From Botryllus schlosseri (Eukaryota): a stretch of DNA of 64,000 nucleotides. Position 1 is the first letter of the stretch; each line of letters starts with the position of its first letter. Positions 38,601 through 49,720 of the stretch are shown here, piece after piece. The notes under the pieces were generated by a model, which saw nothing but the letters and a program-made list of their open reading frames with translations, was not told the origin of the DNA and made no database searches. The position numbers were made by a program, and so were the translations under genes. Location of the stretch: assembly GCA_051294905.1 (NCBI GenBank), contig CM119371.1:18230001-18294000 (forward strand), in the 5' to 3' direction.

Positions 38601-40984
38601 TTCGCCAGGTTTCTTACCCCAAGGAGGGGTGTCTTTTTTCTCATCATCTTTGGGCTTGCCTTCAAAAGACCCCGGTCTGGACTGGTCTAGAGGTTTTGGT
38701 TTCCAAGACGGGGTCTGATCAGTTTTTTGTTGGTTTTGAGGTTTGGCCCATGGCGGGGCAGTGTCTTTTTGGTCCTGATTTTGCGGTTTCTTCCATGCGG
38801 GCACTGGTTTGTCCTGTGTTTTCGACGCCCAGGATGGGGCGTTATCTTGTTGGTTTGGGGTCGGCTTTTTCCAAGCCGGGACAGTGTTCGTTTGGTCGCT
38901 TTTAGCCGCCCAGGATGGGGTGCTTTGTCCGCCTGGGTGTAAAGCGGAAGGCTTTGGACCGAAGCCAGGACGAGTTCCGTTTGAAGGTTTTGGCGCAGAT
39001 GGGGGTGGGGGTTTTCGGCCAGGGTCAGTTGAAGTGCTGACGGGAGGCCATTTTCTTGTCTGGTTGAAAAAATTAGAAAACATCAGCATCAATATAATTA
39101 TGTGTGTGTAGAAGAAATGATTTGTAATAAGATATTACCGGCTTAATAGATCTTTTAAATGTTTCAAATAGAAGGCAATGAATCGAAAATTGAATCTAAA
39201 GTTGGAATTGAGCCAAATGTAATAGGCAATAATTTTTTGACAACAAAACAAATTTACCAACTAGCCCTACACTACACCCTACTGGAATCTCGGAACGTTT
39301 TGCCCAATATAACAGGTGAGCAGCGATAATTCTCCAAGTTCAAGTACTTAAAATAAACTATAATAAAATAAAGAACTTCCATAGGTTGAACTAGCCAGTA
39401 AAATTTGAAAAAAGTCATGTATAGGCCGATAGGCGTACAGTGAGGCTTTAGGGAGTAGATAAATTAAGGACAGGCAAAATACAATCTAATTATAATAAAT
39501 AGGCCTACTAGTTAGCTCTCTAGTTTACGGGACCACAACCTGACACATCGATCTCGCCTTCTGACACATGCCACACATATTTTGTCACCTGTCCTTTTCT
39601 ATTATCTTCTTCTACTTTTCATTCAGTGTGCAATGTGCATGCCTCCTTTTTTACATTGCCTAGGCCAGGTGGGTGTCTGATTTCGAAGACTACTCTAAGT
39701 CGTCTCGACACCTTCCTATCTTTCACTGTATCGCAGTCTTGTTGGTGTATTGAAATGAGATAATTTTTAGCAATAAATTGAACTGAATTACGGTAATGCT
39801 TTGCTGTGCTAGTAGCAGACGATATATGTATAAAGAAACGTAAGACGTTTTTATCTAAGTATAAGGAGATTTGAATAACCACGTCCTGACTCATTGCTTT
39901 TCCTAGCGACACCGTAAGTAAATCCATTTGTCACCAAAATATACCTTTCTTCATTTCCTGGAGATGGAAGGACAACGCCGCCTGTCAACAAACGCTGCAG
40001 CGGCGCTTGCAACGCACACACCATTGAGTTTAAGTTGATAGGTGATGACACGCTTCAGTGAATCGACAAAATGTCCTGCTGATTCACGATTCGGGTCTGC
40101 TCGAGCGGAATCAGGTCTGATTTGAATCGTTAAACCAGCGTGCACTTTGAGTACACGCGGGTTAAACCCAATCACCGGTCTTGCACAACGTACAAGTTTG
40201 TCGCGAAGTAGGTAATGCGAAATTTTAACTTCACGGTGCCATGTAATCAACAACTGGTTACGGCATCTTCTAACTGCGTAAATAAGTACTACATCATGCC
40301 TAATTAGCGGATTAAAATATTGGAACCGCCAGGTATGATTACGACTTCAGGTATCATTTGCCAATCATATTAAAACCAAAATTATTTGGATAAATAATGG
40401 TAGGAATCAAGAAAAGTAAAGTTTATGCATCAGTTGCATTGCGTTCACTGTCGAGCAAAATTTAACGCTCTCTTCATGTTGGAATATAAGCAGCACAAGT
40501 ATATAAATCCAGCTCGTCCTTCTCTTCCAAATACTATATGTTCAGCATGGATTGCAACAGAACGCATTGCTCTATCAAGTATGGAGGACCATGACCATGG
40601 ATCGGTATTTCGCTACTTGTAATTCAATGTACAAACATGCCTCTTATTTGCATGTTCTATGGTAGAGGTGAGATTCTTATTAAAAGACTACTACAGGTTG
40701 TTTCGACTTGTCCCTGTCTTTTAATTATTAGCGATCTTGTGTTGTTTTGAAGAGATTAAATTATTAACTGAACTGAAAGGCAGCAGCGCACATTTAAACA
40801 CGACGAGTTGGCCGTCTATAAACAAATTGTATTGACAGCCAGATGACTTACGCGCAACCGTCGCACAGCCGTTAACATGCTTCCGCGGAGTCAAGTTGAG
40901 TCAACCAATATGCATAATACTCACCACAGGTGCTTGAGGCTTCGAATTCGTTGTTGGATTTTGATGTGAATACATCTTTACCAT
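14627..40984 (-). CDS. FYB1: FYN-binding protein (FYB/ADAP)-like adaptor, ~780 aa, 13 coding exons
   Basis: Exons 40984-40925, 39059-38102, 35643-35503, 34034-33882, 29196-28978, 27977-27824, 25391-25306, 23253-23213, 20782-20682, 18982-18904, 17318-17150, 15414-15262, 14655-14627. All GT-AG with consistent phases, 2343 nt. Pro-rich body, YEDV-type motifs and KKEKDMRKKFN...VIRMTDNPKGKMLVRNNNGEFGYV (helically extended SH3). Start codon uncertain because that exon has an acceptor at 40997; the symbol denotes the family, orthology is not proven. Confidence 0.82.
15262..15414 (-). CDS. FYB-like exon (hSH3 end, IYDQT)
   Basis: ccttcag|(F)GYVDSDKIDIQIDDLR...EVIYDQT|gtgtga; 153 nt. Confidence 0.87.
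15660..16490 (+). mobile_element. hAT derivative (hAT19/CGGBP-like transposase C-terminal remnant); ends approximate
   Basis: Remnant AVERSFSILGKLLGKDRHFLPENVGKYLSL; AGGTCAAAA subterminal repeats; inverted copies at ~28080-28745 and ~30470-31712. Confidence 0.7.
17150..17318 (-). CDS. FYB-like exon (hSH3 core)
   Basis: tttacag|LPAEGD...IRMTDNPKGKMLVRNNNGE|gtgagt; 169 nt. Confidence 0.9.
18904..18982 (-). CDS. FYB-like exon (basic helix preceding hSH3)
   Basis: taacag|.SQEGSKKDKKKKASEKKEKDMRKKFN|gtaact; 79 nt. Confidence 0.87.
19868..20381. mobile_element. GACTCGAGTC-family hAT MITE nested in a CAGGGCTGGGC-type element
   Basis: CAGGGTTG...CAACCCTG; TSD CTATGCAC/CCATGCAC. Confidence 0.82.
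20682..20782 (-). CDS. FYB-like exon (MYEDV)
   Basis: atcag|GEDMYEDVDEYMKFKRLQLEQQKQQQPPPPTNL|gtgaat; 101 nt. Confidence 0.85.
20965..21290 (+). mobile_element. tRNA-derived SINE (MetaSINE-like); ends approximate
   Basis: A box TAGCGTAATGG, B box GGTTCAATCC; body shared with ~44880-45130 (-) and ~58400-59245 (+). Confidence 0.75.
22184..23105. mobile_element. hAT-Charlie-type MITE
   Basis: CAGTGGTTCTAAACC/GGTTGAAAACCACTG; TSD CCTTAGAA/TCTTAGAA; related to 45972-46754. Confidence 0.8.
23213..23253 (-). CDS. FYB-like short exon
   Basis: ttttttcgcag|..AHPSDGGIPQEAE|gtcagt; 41 nt; needed to convert phase 1 to phase 0. Confidence 0.75.
23450..24011. mobile_element. Palindromic MITE with TATAGA termini and 7-bp TSD (P-like)
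   Basis: Near-complete inverted repeat of 562 bp; TSD CTTTGAA (23443-23449, 24012-24018). Confidence 0.88.
24603..25251. mobile_element. Foldback-like MITE (AATTCCAACCAG family)
   Basis: TAGGGCTG...CAGCCCTA with long inverted arms; TSD GTGCGCAA (24595-24602, 25252-25259); related copies at ~21448-22110, ~24030-24450, ~34690-34980, ~35755-36592 and ~39190-39420. Confidence 0.85.
25306..25391 (-). CDS. FYB-like exon (AIYDET)
   Basis: ttgacag|.PTFDSDEEEGAAIYDETADDMPQFPPAI|gtgagt; 86 nt. Confidence 0.85.
27156..27701. mobile_element. hAT-type MITE (CCGATA repeats) inserted into the TIR of a GACTCGAGTC-family element
   Basis: TAGAGGTCGA/TCGACCTCTA; degenerate TSD GCTACAAC/GTCACAAC; host TIR completes as ...CCTG at 27713. 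Confidence 0.78.
27824..27977 (-). CDS. FYB-like exon (DIYEDT)
   Basis: gtttcag|..KKSLPLP...SSDM|gtgagt; 154 nt. Confidence 0.85.
28978..29196 (-). CDS. FYB-like Pro-rich exon
   Basis: ttccag|..KKKFQLP...RPLPSPQP|gtacta; 219 nt. Confidence 0.85.
31101..31515. mobile_element. hAT-type MITE (GGATT repeats)
   Basis: CAGAGATGAGC/GCTCATCTCTG; perfect TSD CCGTCTAC; nested in the ~30470-31712 element; truncated copy at ~30058-30395. Confidence 0.88.
32561..33144. mobile_element. MITE with internal ~42-bp tandem repeats
   Basis: CAGACTTGGACA/TGTCCAAGTCTA; TSD CACTGATT/CACTGATG; AATTAGACTAGAATTAAAA-type repeats at ~32570-32850. Confidence 0.72.
33882..34034 (-). CDS. FYB-like Pro-rich exon
   Basis: cttcacag|..GSLPPPPAMF...LPTK|gtgagt; 153 nt. 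Confidence 0.85.
34295..35340. mobile_element. Penelope-like retroelement 3' ends as an inverted pair (split by a MITE)
   Basis: NSAIGKHLLDNPPCEKNY...TFIKIHQPSLCQRKEFVYHLK (frameshifted) resembles the GIY-YIG endonuclease C-terminus of Penelope-like elements; ~34295-34625 (-) and ~34985-35340 (+). Confidence 0.78.
34316..34349 (-). ncRNA. Minimal type-I hammerhead ribozyme motif in a Penelope terminal repeat
   Basis: AGCC-CTGACGA-GTGTCAGCC-GAAA-ATAT-TC-GGGT: intact CUGANGA/GAAA/UH core, palindromic ATAT stem III, stem I CC/GG. Confidence 0.65.
35503..35643 (-). CDS. FYB-like exon (PGPK repeats)
   Basis: ttttcag|..EKPGRRN...KPG|gtaaac; 141 nt, phase 1-1. Confidence 0.85.
37505..38022 (+). 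mobile_element. Penelope-like 3' fragment with a short inverted partner
   Basis: Same NSAIGKHLLDDPVRAKNY...FRVVGRGRSHFHLCALE remnant and tail as 34985-35340. Confidence 0.75.
38102..39059 (-). CDS. FYB-like large Pro/Trp-repeat exon
   Basis: Lies within the 340-aa ORF; caaccag| acceptor, C|gtgagt donor; 958 nt. Confidence 0.9.
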
Positions 40985-40996
40985 ATCAGAAACTTT
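40925..40996 (-). CDS. FYB-like 5'-most identified exon
   Basis: tattttcag|KVSDMVKMYSHQNPTTNSKPQAPV|gtgagt; 72 nt, phase 0-0. Confidence 0.65.
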
Positions 40997-42981
40997 CTGA
41001 AAATAGACAGATGCCATGCGGTAATTTTAAGCAGCGTTCAAGTACGAGTTCTGCCAATTATGGATACTAAAAACTGTACAGTCAAATCGTAAGGCGGCGA
41101 TACTGATTTAATACAATCTTCATCATTCTGCCTTGCCGTTTATGGGTTGTAGGGATGGTGTGAACGTGAGGTTCGCGTTCGCGTTCTGTGCGTAAACCTC
41201 AGAAATTTAGAGATTCACGATCACAAACGAACCTTGGTAGGTTCTGCACTATGAACCTTTTTCATATACTACAATTTTCCACGTCATTATAACATTTTTG
41301 GTCGAAATTCTTTACATTTCAACTGCGAGTCACTCTATGCATGGCGCTGGCAGCATAAAAAATCGACACTAAACGAGCATGCACCTTGACAATTTCAATC
41401 ATTTTTCTTGCTTTGTTACAAAATTTTGGGAAACGATTAGCCAACAACACGCCACATCCTGCCGGATCACTGGATTCACTTCACTAAATGCATTTCCGTA
41501 ACTAATTCAGTCCGGGACCGTCATAACTAACCCAGGCTAAAACTTATTAACTAGCAGATCGAGTGAGATAATGCCTCTGAAGTGGCGCTGTGTGAAAGGT
41601 GGAATTCATCCCGTTCGGTAGGATCACTATTTCGACCAGAAACCGATGCAAATAAATCCGCATAGGTTTCTTTTCCATTCGAAAGAACTTACGAGGAAAA
41701 CGTCATATATACAGCATTTCGCTTCAAATATCAGTCACAACAAGTTGAACACAAAACAGTGATAAAGTAGCGAAAGTACAAAGACCAGTTATGGCTCTAC
41801 TAAATGGCAGTCTGGGAACTTATGCCAGTATAGCTGCATCATAATCCGTTGTGTCCAACAAATATGATATGGGCTCGACAACCCGGTTTTATCAACGAAA
41901 TATACCATCGGCTTGACAGAGAACTAGCTATTTTACTAACCAATCAAGCAATAAATTTATACATCCACCCAATACTCAGACTGATGCGACGACTGTGGAG
42001 GATGGATGTTCGTATATTGACACGGACAACATAGTAGAAAAGTTGAATATCTCATTACAAGGACAAAATACCAACTGTTGCCGATAAATATGATGGACAA
42101 TTAGTCAGTGCGCGTAAGTGTTCAAGCGCAATCGTTAGCAAAATACATACTTGAGTTCGATACGCGGATTTGTGTATTGACGTTGTGTAGCCTATTTTTT
42201 TTATTAAATATTCCCTTAAGACAGCAAAGGTCGAGAATCTTCATAGGCTACATTATAACCACCCGGCTCCCGATTATATAATAATCACCAAAATTCCAAC
42301 ATCCGTGTTTACAATTAAATGTCTTGTGTTCCTCACAGCGCATGCGCAGGGCTGAAGCCAGTTTACGACTGAATCGAAGAAATATACCAACTTATATCGC
42401 CGTTAGCGCCATTGTTTTATCGGTTCTTAACTGTATTTGGTCGGACAATCACCGTATTTTTACCAATTCCATAGTTCACGAATAAAGGTGTTGTGACTTG
42501 CTACCTAGAATAAGACCCCTATGATCCGAGTATTATCTATGCTTGATAATAAAGTATTCAAGTGTAAAGCAAGGGCACGAGGTAACATTTTGGAATCAGT
42601 TGACTGGTCCGGCCCGCGAGCGGTTTGAAGGCTCGAATCCGGCCCACGAAGCAATTCGGGTTCGACACCCCTGGTGTACAGTAGGCCTATACTGTGCATA
42701 ATACATTCCTTATGATCGAGATTGCTTATAATCCACGTGTCACCCTCAATATTTAAGCTGAGATGAATGCGACACAGTATTACTTCCAAGTAAACGTAGC
42801 ACGGCAGGTACACCTCTACTACTCGCACCGCGTTCCGCTTATTCGGCATTCGAGCAAAATAGCGAGTGTCATAATAGAGAAACATTCAAAATAGCGGAGC
42901 CATCAGAATAGCGAGCGACCAGATCATGTGGAGACATTGTATTTGTTTGGTGCGGGTGTGATCAGACTTATTGTTCTATAA

Positions 42982-44386
42982 CAGTGGTCGGGAACCTATG
43001 GCTCGGGAGCCATATATGGCTCTTTTGGGCATAAGATATGGCTCTTTTCTAAATTTTTATTTCTTTGTTTAATTTATCACTATTGCTGCAACTTGTTATT
43101 AAATCTTCAGCAAAAGCAGTACAATTATTATTGTGGCAATATAAACATGTCTTTGAGAGGTTAATACAGTGACGTATTGAGGGTTAGGGGCTCGGACCCC
43201 CGTTTCAAAATCCTCAAATTTAAGTTGCTGTCGCGCAATATCACTCGCAAATTCGACGTAGCTGGTACGAAATCATGAATTTAACGATGCGTTCAGTGAT
43301 CAAAGAGACTAGGAGACATGGCAGCGCCTGTATCACAATGCTGTTTCAAATATACATTGTCTTTCTGATCTGCGGCGATAAATATACTGCCATGGAAGTG
43401 ACATTCACAAATACAAATTCTAATTACAAACATCGCCATAGCTATCCCCGTTCTTGACAGATAACGTAGCTTTGCAGTCGCTGTTAAAATGTAGGCGTGT
43501 TGCGCTTGCGCAAATGTTACCGCCGAATACTTTGCGAATTGAGAAGCCAAATCGGAATCGGCGCGACAATTACGTTCGAATAATATCAGTTACTATACGT
43601 ATACAATCTGTGATATTTACGATGAATTTCGCTATCACAATCCCTTAACCTACGTTTCGAACTTTATTTTCTAACAATAAATAAGCAAGTTGCGTGATTT
43701 TGGGAGTAAAATGTTTAAAATCTATTAGACAGGTGAGACACTGCGTCACTTGCCTTCCCTAACCCCACGCCATTGACGCATCACAAATGGGCAAGTACAC
43801 TAATGTATAGTGTCCATGTTCGGCTCCAACTAGGTATGCCATCATGGGCCCTCGCATTTAAGAATGGCTTCAAGACGAACTTACGATCTCGTATAACTAG
43901 CGAAAGCCTCAAATTTTGTATGAGGCTTAACCTTACCGGTTACCAACTACGCAAAAAAGCCTTCAGGAATACCGTGCAACACCAAAAGACGCAATAACTG
44001 TAAAAGACGGGGTAAAAGTAGATTCATGGTTTTATTGTTGTCCACGTCTGTTGGAAATCTAAATGTCATTGGTCTTAAGCTTCGAAAAATATCATATGGC
44101 TCTCAGTGCATATAATTAAAAATATATTACTTGCAAAAAAGCTATATAGCTCAGGTTTTGCATACTCATTATTCAAATAAAGCAACCAGCATGATTAGTA
44201 CGAGATTTTAGCGAGTTTTTGCGGACGACGAATTACCATGTAGTGATGTCGAATTTGCGCTACCATGACGTCACGATTTTTCAATTGTAATGTAGTAGTT
44301 GATTGTTATGTATGGCTCTTTGGGAGGTAAAATGGAAAATATGCGGTCAATATGGCTCTTCGGGCGACAAAGGTTCGCGACCACTG
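42982..44386 (+). mobile_element. hAT-Charlie/SPIN-like internal-deletion derivative
   Basis: CAGTGGTCGGGAACC/GGTTCGCGACCACTG; perfect TSD TTCTATAA; ATGGCTC repeats; remnant KTNLRSRITSESLKFCMRLNLTGY resembles the Charlie/SPIN transposase C-terminus. Confidence 0.85.
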
Positions 44387-45971
44387 TTCTATAAGGTCGT
44401 ATGGTTCACTCCCATCCAACACCAAATACTGCGTACCAAATACTATGTTTCCTCTGTATAATCATAATTACAGATGCTGTCTGCTGGTAATGTATTTCGG
44501 TTTTCTCTCCAACACAATATCATTTACCAACATCAACTTTGAGAAGTTTCAACTGACACGCGGCCTTGCGATGTGTAGCCTATATTTAGAACCTGACACA
44601 ACATATACTTTCTACAGGGCTTAGCAACCGAAAAGGGAACTTACTCTCGTCGCGTATAGGATGCCGGGCAATATTTCGGCGTTGGCATGCACGTCCACAA
44701 ATTCGTTTCACATCATAGTGGTTACACACAGAACTGGAGCCCAATATAACCTACCAATAAACTTTGGAATACATAATACATCGCGCGCTTCCTGCATATA
44801 TGCTCTATGCAGGCAAAAGGGGTCAAATTAGTCAACGTTGGTACTCGAGTATCTAGAAGAGGTTGCATTATAGATTTCCACTCAATAACTATAGGATGCA
44901 GTATAATTTTGTCCTTGATGTTTCTGCGGCATATGCACCGACTCCTGATATATACATACATGCATACGCACCATCTGTCCATGTGCAATGTGCATACCAA
45001 GAGTACATGATGTGAATATGCCGCAGCACAAGGAAGGTGCAGATATAGCCTTGAAAGGCTAAGTCTTGCGCCACCCCTCCATGCTATCCCGGAAATGGTG
45101 AGCGCCAAACCGGGAAGCCACGGAAACCACGGACATTGTATAGCGTGCATATTCACGACAAATACCAAAAGAGTAAAGATACTACGGATGAGTGCAATCT
45201 TCGAAAATATATTCACTATTCAGTTATCGTGATACGGGGGCTATGTCGCCTAATTACTACTACCATTTCATTCGTAAATGTGATACAACATGGAAAGATA
45301 TCAAAATACTATTTGCACTTTCTAAAATCCAAATCGTAATACGCAAGCATAGTTTTAGTAGTGAAGTATAGTAGGTAGTGTAGGTAAAAATGTTTAGTAA
45401 AATGACAGTAATCTAAAATATAACTATTCGAACGTGTCGTAAAAATAGGCAACATCTAATTGTGCACTCGTAACAAGAATTAGTTCTTCGTTACTGACCA
45501 CTGACCGGGCGACCACCTCTGTTCTAAATACAAATCTGCGCATTGGAATCGTCCCTACGTTCTGACTAAGAGCAAAATGCGACTCAGTTGAATCTCACTT
45601 ATACGCATCTGTAACAGATGATCCGGTTGCGGCCAGGTTTACCGAGAGATTCGTGGTCTGATACGGTGCCATACAATGAGCGGTTTCCAGTATGACGGTT
45701 CTATGTTAGCGAGTGACGCAATTTAGACAGCATGATCTATGGATTGCATAATATCATTTCTTGGCGTGAATGCATGCCAGAGCCGTGATGGCAGTGCAGT
45801 CGTGTACCAATGCCGACCAGGGATGCAGTTGTGCAATACCAAATTATATAATTTATATGTGGTCGGTAAGGAAGAACTTCTACATTTCCAAGTAGGCCTA
45901 CTCAAGTATAGATTGTGCAATGTGCATGTGCACCCGAGTGGGTAGGTTTTAGACTATTTCCAATTCTAGGA

Positions 45972-46754
45972 CAGCGGTTCTTGAGCGGGGGTCCGCGGAA
46001 CCTCTAAATTTGAAAAATGATTAATAACCTAATTTGTAATTTGTTTTAATTGAAGAAGCATGACACAGTTTCGCTTCATTATTGTTCAATCTTCAGGACT
46101 CACATGATTAGAATAGTCGTCTGATATAAAGCATCCCACTGTGCAAACTCATTTTAATTACCATTTGCCAATAGCCTACTGAAATTCCTGAGTTTTTATC
46201 CTAATCTGTCCCAATGAAAGGATTGAAACCTCGCCACGAAATCCATTTTCTCCTGTGATGTACATACCTACTATTCCAGAATAACTTCAAGATGAGATGC
46301 TAGATAGAAATTACTATAGGCTGGAGGTTATATGTTCATTAACTATACTCTGTTTTCAATGTTGGTGCCATATATGTTGCGATCATACCCGAAGGTGTCG
46401 TCGGAAGTGTTGCGCGTTAATATTACATTCGCCAGCACCTATCTCCGTGGAAATATTTTCGGCACTCAACCTTCATATCAAATCGAATACGGGGTTTTGC
46501 AAGACAATAAATACAGCTGCGAAATTCAATTCGAAATAATAAAAGTCTACCCAATTTCTACGTATAGTAAGATGTCATTTTCACGAAAAGTATTTTTGTG
46601 GCTGTTCCTCACAAACCTACAGTTAATATTTGCACATGACAGATGACGGTTGCACGATAATGGAGCGAATTTTGGACGAAAACTTGAGGGGGTTGGCGGG
46701 GGTCCGTGAAGGTTCAAAGGGGGTCCGCGAAGACAAAAAGGTTGAGAACCACTG
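45972..46754. mobile_element. hAT-Charlie-type MITE
   Basis: CAGCGGTTCTTG/TGAGAACCACTG; perfect TSD TTCTAGGA; GGGGTCCG repeats. Confidence 0.82.
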
Positions 46755-46778
46755 TTCTAGGAAGTACATATCTTCAAT

Positions 46779-46976
46779 ATACAATTGAATAGTATATTCA
46801 TATCGAAATGAACCCGAATATTTTCGGCTGACACTCGCCAGGGGCAATCGTTAGCAACTAGTAGAGAATATTGAAAGAGCATTGTATATCAACAATCTAC
46901 TAGTCGCTAATGATTACCACTGACGAGTGTCAGTCGGAAATATTCGGCTTCATTTCAATATGAATATACTATTCAA
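46779..46976. mobile_element. Short inverted pair of Penelope terminal repeats
   Basis: TTGAATAGTATATTCATA...TATGAATATACTATTCAA palindrome; each arm has a mutated hammerhead core. Confidence 0.7.
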
Positions 46977-48734
46977 CTTCTACTCGATTAGCAAGACTGA
47001 CTGCTTTGATCACCTGTGAATTGAGCACTCATGCCAATGCTACATGTGTTACCTTTTACTAGAGAAGTATGGGTTTGTGCTAAAACGTATGATTGATGAT
47101 CTGACAGCCTGCGCAGTCACACGCAAGAAGGGAAGCACCGGCCTTGTAATACTGCGTAACGCAAGTACTTTCAACCTTCCACAACGGTTTTTTTTAACCT
47201 GCGCAGTACCCAGTAAAGACCGGGTTCGTTTCTGTACTTTCCCTCATTAAACGTTGTAACGATGCGTATGATTGCGACAGCCATTCGAGGCGAGCATTTT
47301 ATTGATGAACTTCACATGATCGCGACTTAGCGGAAATAGAGTTTCCATCTATGCGTGCGTGGCTATGTGCTATGTTGTTATGCGGCTAATCGAGATATTT
47401 GAGCTTTCACGGTAGGAAGAAAGCATAAAAACTATAATTAAGGTCGATAATATACCTGTTAGTGGAATGGGGCGTCTGATTTTAGTACACGCGCAGAAAA
47501 GGGGGTACGCATGAACATGACTCCATTATGATTAAGAGGACAGCATAGGATTACATGCCCTAATTTTCGAAGACTTCGGCTCCACCGGTATATATCTGAT
47601 CACGTTGGCGCAGAGACGACTTTTTTGATATTCAAGGAAAATCTTACGTTGTTGACAAATTTCATTCACGAACTTTAAAAACTCTGGAGTACAAATGCCC
47701 ACCGATATTTAATAAATGTAGCACTCGCGATTTTGGTGCGTGGTAAGCCGCTAGAAGCAAATAAATATGTCTATGTTCGTAGTCCGGCCTACCTACGGAT
47801 CGTACGCAAATCGCGTGATACCGGACTGCATGTGTTCGCTACAGAAAGTGTGCGCGTCTATGTTTGTGAATCATAAATAAAAGGTGCTTCAGAGCTGGAT
47901 TCTGCGAAATTGATCGCCAATTTCAATACTGCAGGGTTCGCTGAGCTTACAAAGTGATTACCCGCGAGGGGTTTGACAATAGGAAATGGTTTGAAACCAC
48001 TGAGATACCCAGCATAGATCCCAATAAAAAGTGTTGTAAATAAATAATACGGAATCAAGGACTTTTTTGTAATGAGTGATGTTTCATAGCACTGCGTTGC
48101 GTACAACTGGCTATCTGTACTTTCTCTATTCCGTACATTGTAAGTAAAACGTTGCATAAACTAACATTAGAAATTCATTTATTTCAATGTGTGAGGTTTA
48201 GGTCGCGAGATGTCATTAAAACTCAGATTAGGGCCGCGCTGTAAAAAGTTCAAGAAACACTGCTGTAGAGTATGGGCATCTATTCGGGTACATTCTAGTG
48301 TCAATCGTTATTATATCATACCAGTATGGACGCCGCGGAAAGTTCAAATATGTACAATCGGTTATACATGCGTTGTAATCGCCAAACAAACATAATCAAC
48401 AACAACACGCATTTTGCCATTAATTCCAAACAGAGTATTTCGTTTACAGCTTATTTTAATTTCGCTTAAAAAGGAAAGACCAAGTCCACCTAGCCACAAA
48501 GATGCAAATTTTAACACACTATATTGATTGGTTTTGCACCGATTATGGAATAGGATTTGCTAGCTGACAGCTTAAAATCACCCAATTTCTTTCGAAGAAA
48601 TAGCTTAAAAGTATATCGTAAATCAAATCTAATTGCTCTTTCTGTCTGATTTATTTGGATACTATACCTGATTTCATCGTGCTTATTTATCAGCTGTTTA
48701 AGAAGTTGAAGCGTTTTTAAGTCACGTATAGCCT

Positions 48735-49720
48735 ACTAAACGCCTCGAAATCCCAATTGCTGACAGTAAATTCAAAAAATAACCTAACCATTAATATCGC
48801 CGGTCAGCCCGTTTCCAACACAGATAATGCCAAATATCTCGGGGTTTTACTGGACTCGAACATGTCCCGGAAGAGTCACATTCAGTCCCTAGAAACTAAA
48901 TTATCTCCGAAGTGCGGCCTGTTCTACAGCCTTGGGCGCTTCATACCAGCATGGGTTCTTCTGATACTCTTTAAATCCTTAATCCCATCGAAGTTACATT
49001 ATGGCATCCTTTGTTGGGGGGCTGCCAGTAAAACTGCACACAAGCCACAGCAGAAACTACAGCATAAAGTGCTCCGAATCATAGCTAGGGCCCCAAACGG
49101 GCCTGGCTGCCCATCCAATAAGTCGCTGCTGAAGAGATTTGGCGTCCTAAACATAGAAGATATGCGGAAACTAGAAATCGCCAAGTTTATGTATCAGTTT
49201 CACTGCGGTCGTTGCCCCGAATATTTCAATGACTTCTTTACCTCTGAATCAAAAGCGCACAAGTACAACACACGCGCGTCCACGTCGTCCAAATATCATA
49301 TGATCGACCAAGAAGATCATCGCTCTATCAGATATGCCGGACCTGATGTGTGGAACAGTATCCCGCCGGCCATCCGGCAGTCGACGAGCATGTCCACATT
49401 CAAGTCGAAATACAAGCAATTACTACTAAATAAATACAGTCCATCCTCAAGATTACCGGACCACGACTGACCTATCGATCTCGCTTCCCATGACATGCCG
49501 CCCTGTTTCTTGTCACTTCCTTTTTCTATACTATCTTCTTTACTTTCATTCAGTGTGCATGCCTCCTTTTTACATCGCCTAGGCCCTAGGCCAAGGTGGG
49601 TGTCTGATTCCATAGATAACTCCTAGTCGCTTCGACATCTTCCTTTCTTTTCATTGTATCGCATTTTTCGTGGTGTGTTGAACTGATAAAATTGCTAATA
49701 AACCAATGATGATGATGATG
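48735..49720 (+). mobile_element. 5'-truncated LINE (L2/Crack-like, CR1 group): ORF2 C-terminus, 3'UTR and (ATG)n tail
   Basis: ORF 48757-49470: KYLGVLLD...LHYGILCWG...HKYNTR...YAGPDVWNSIP...FKSKYK; AATAAA then ATGATGATGATG. 3'UTR-only relatives at ~39520-39790, ~56200-56465 and ~63430-63690. Confidence 0.9.

Noticed and set aside
38075..39111. Several overlapping 100-196-aa ORFs in other frames and on the + strand
   Set aside because: Shadow ORFs of the GC-rich repetitive FYB-like exon.
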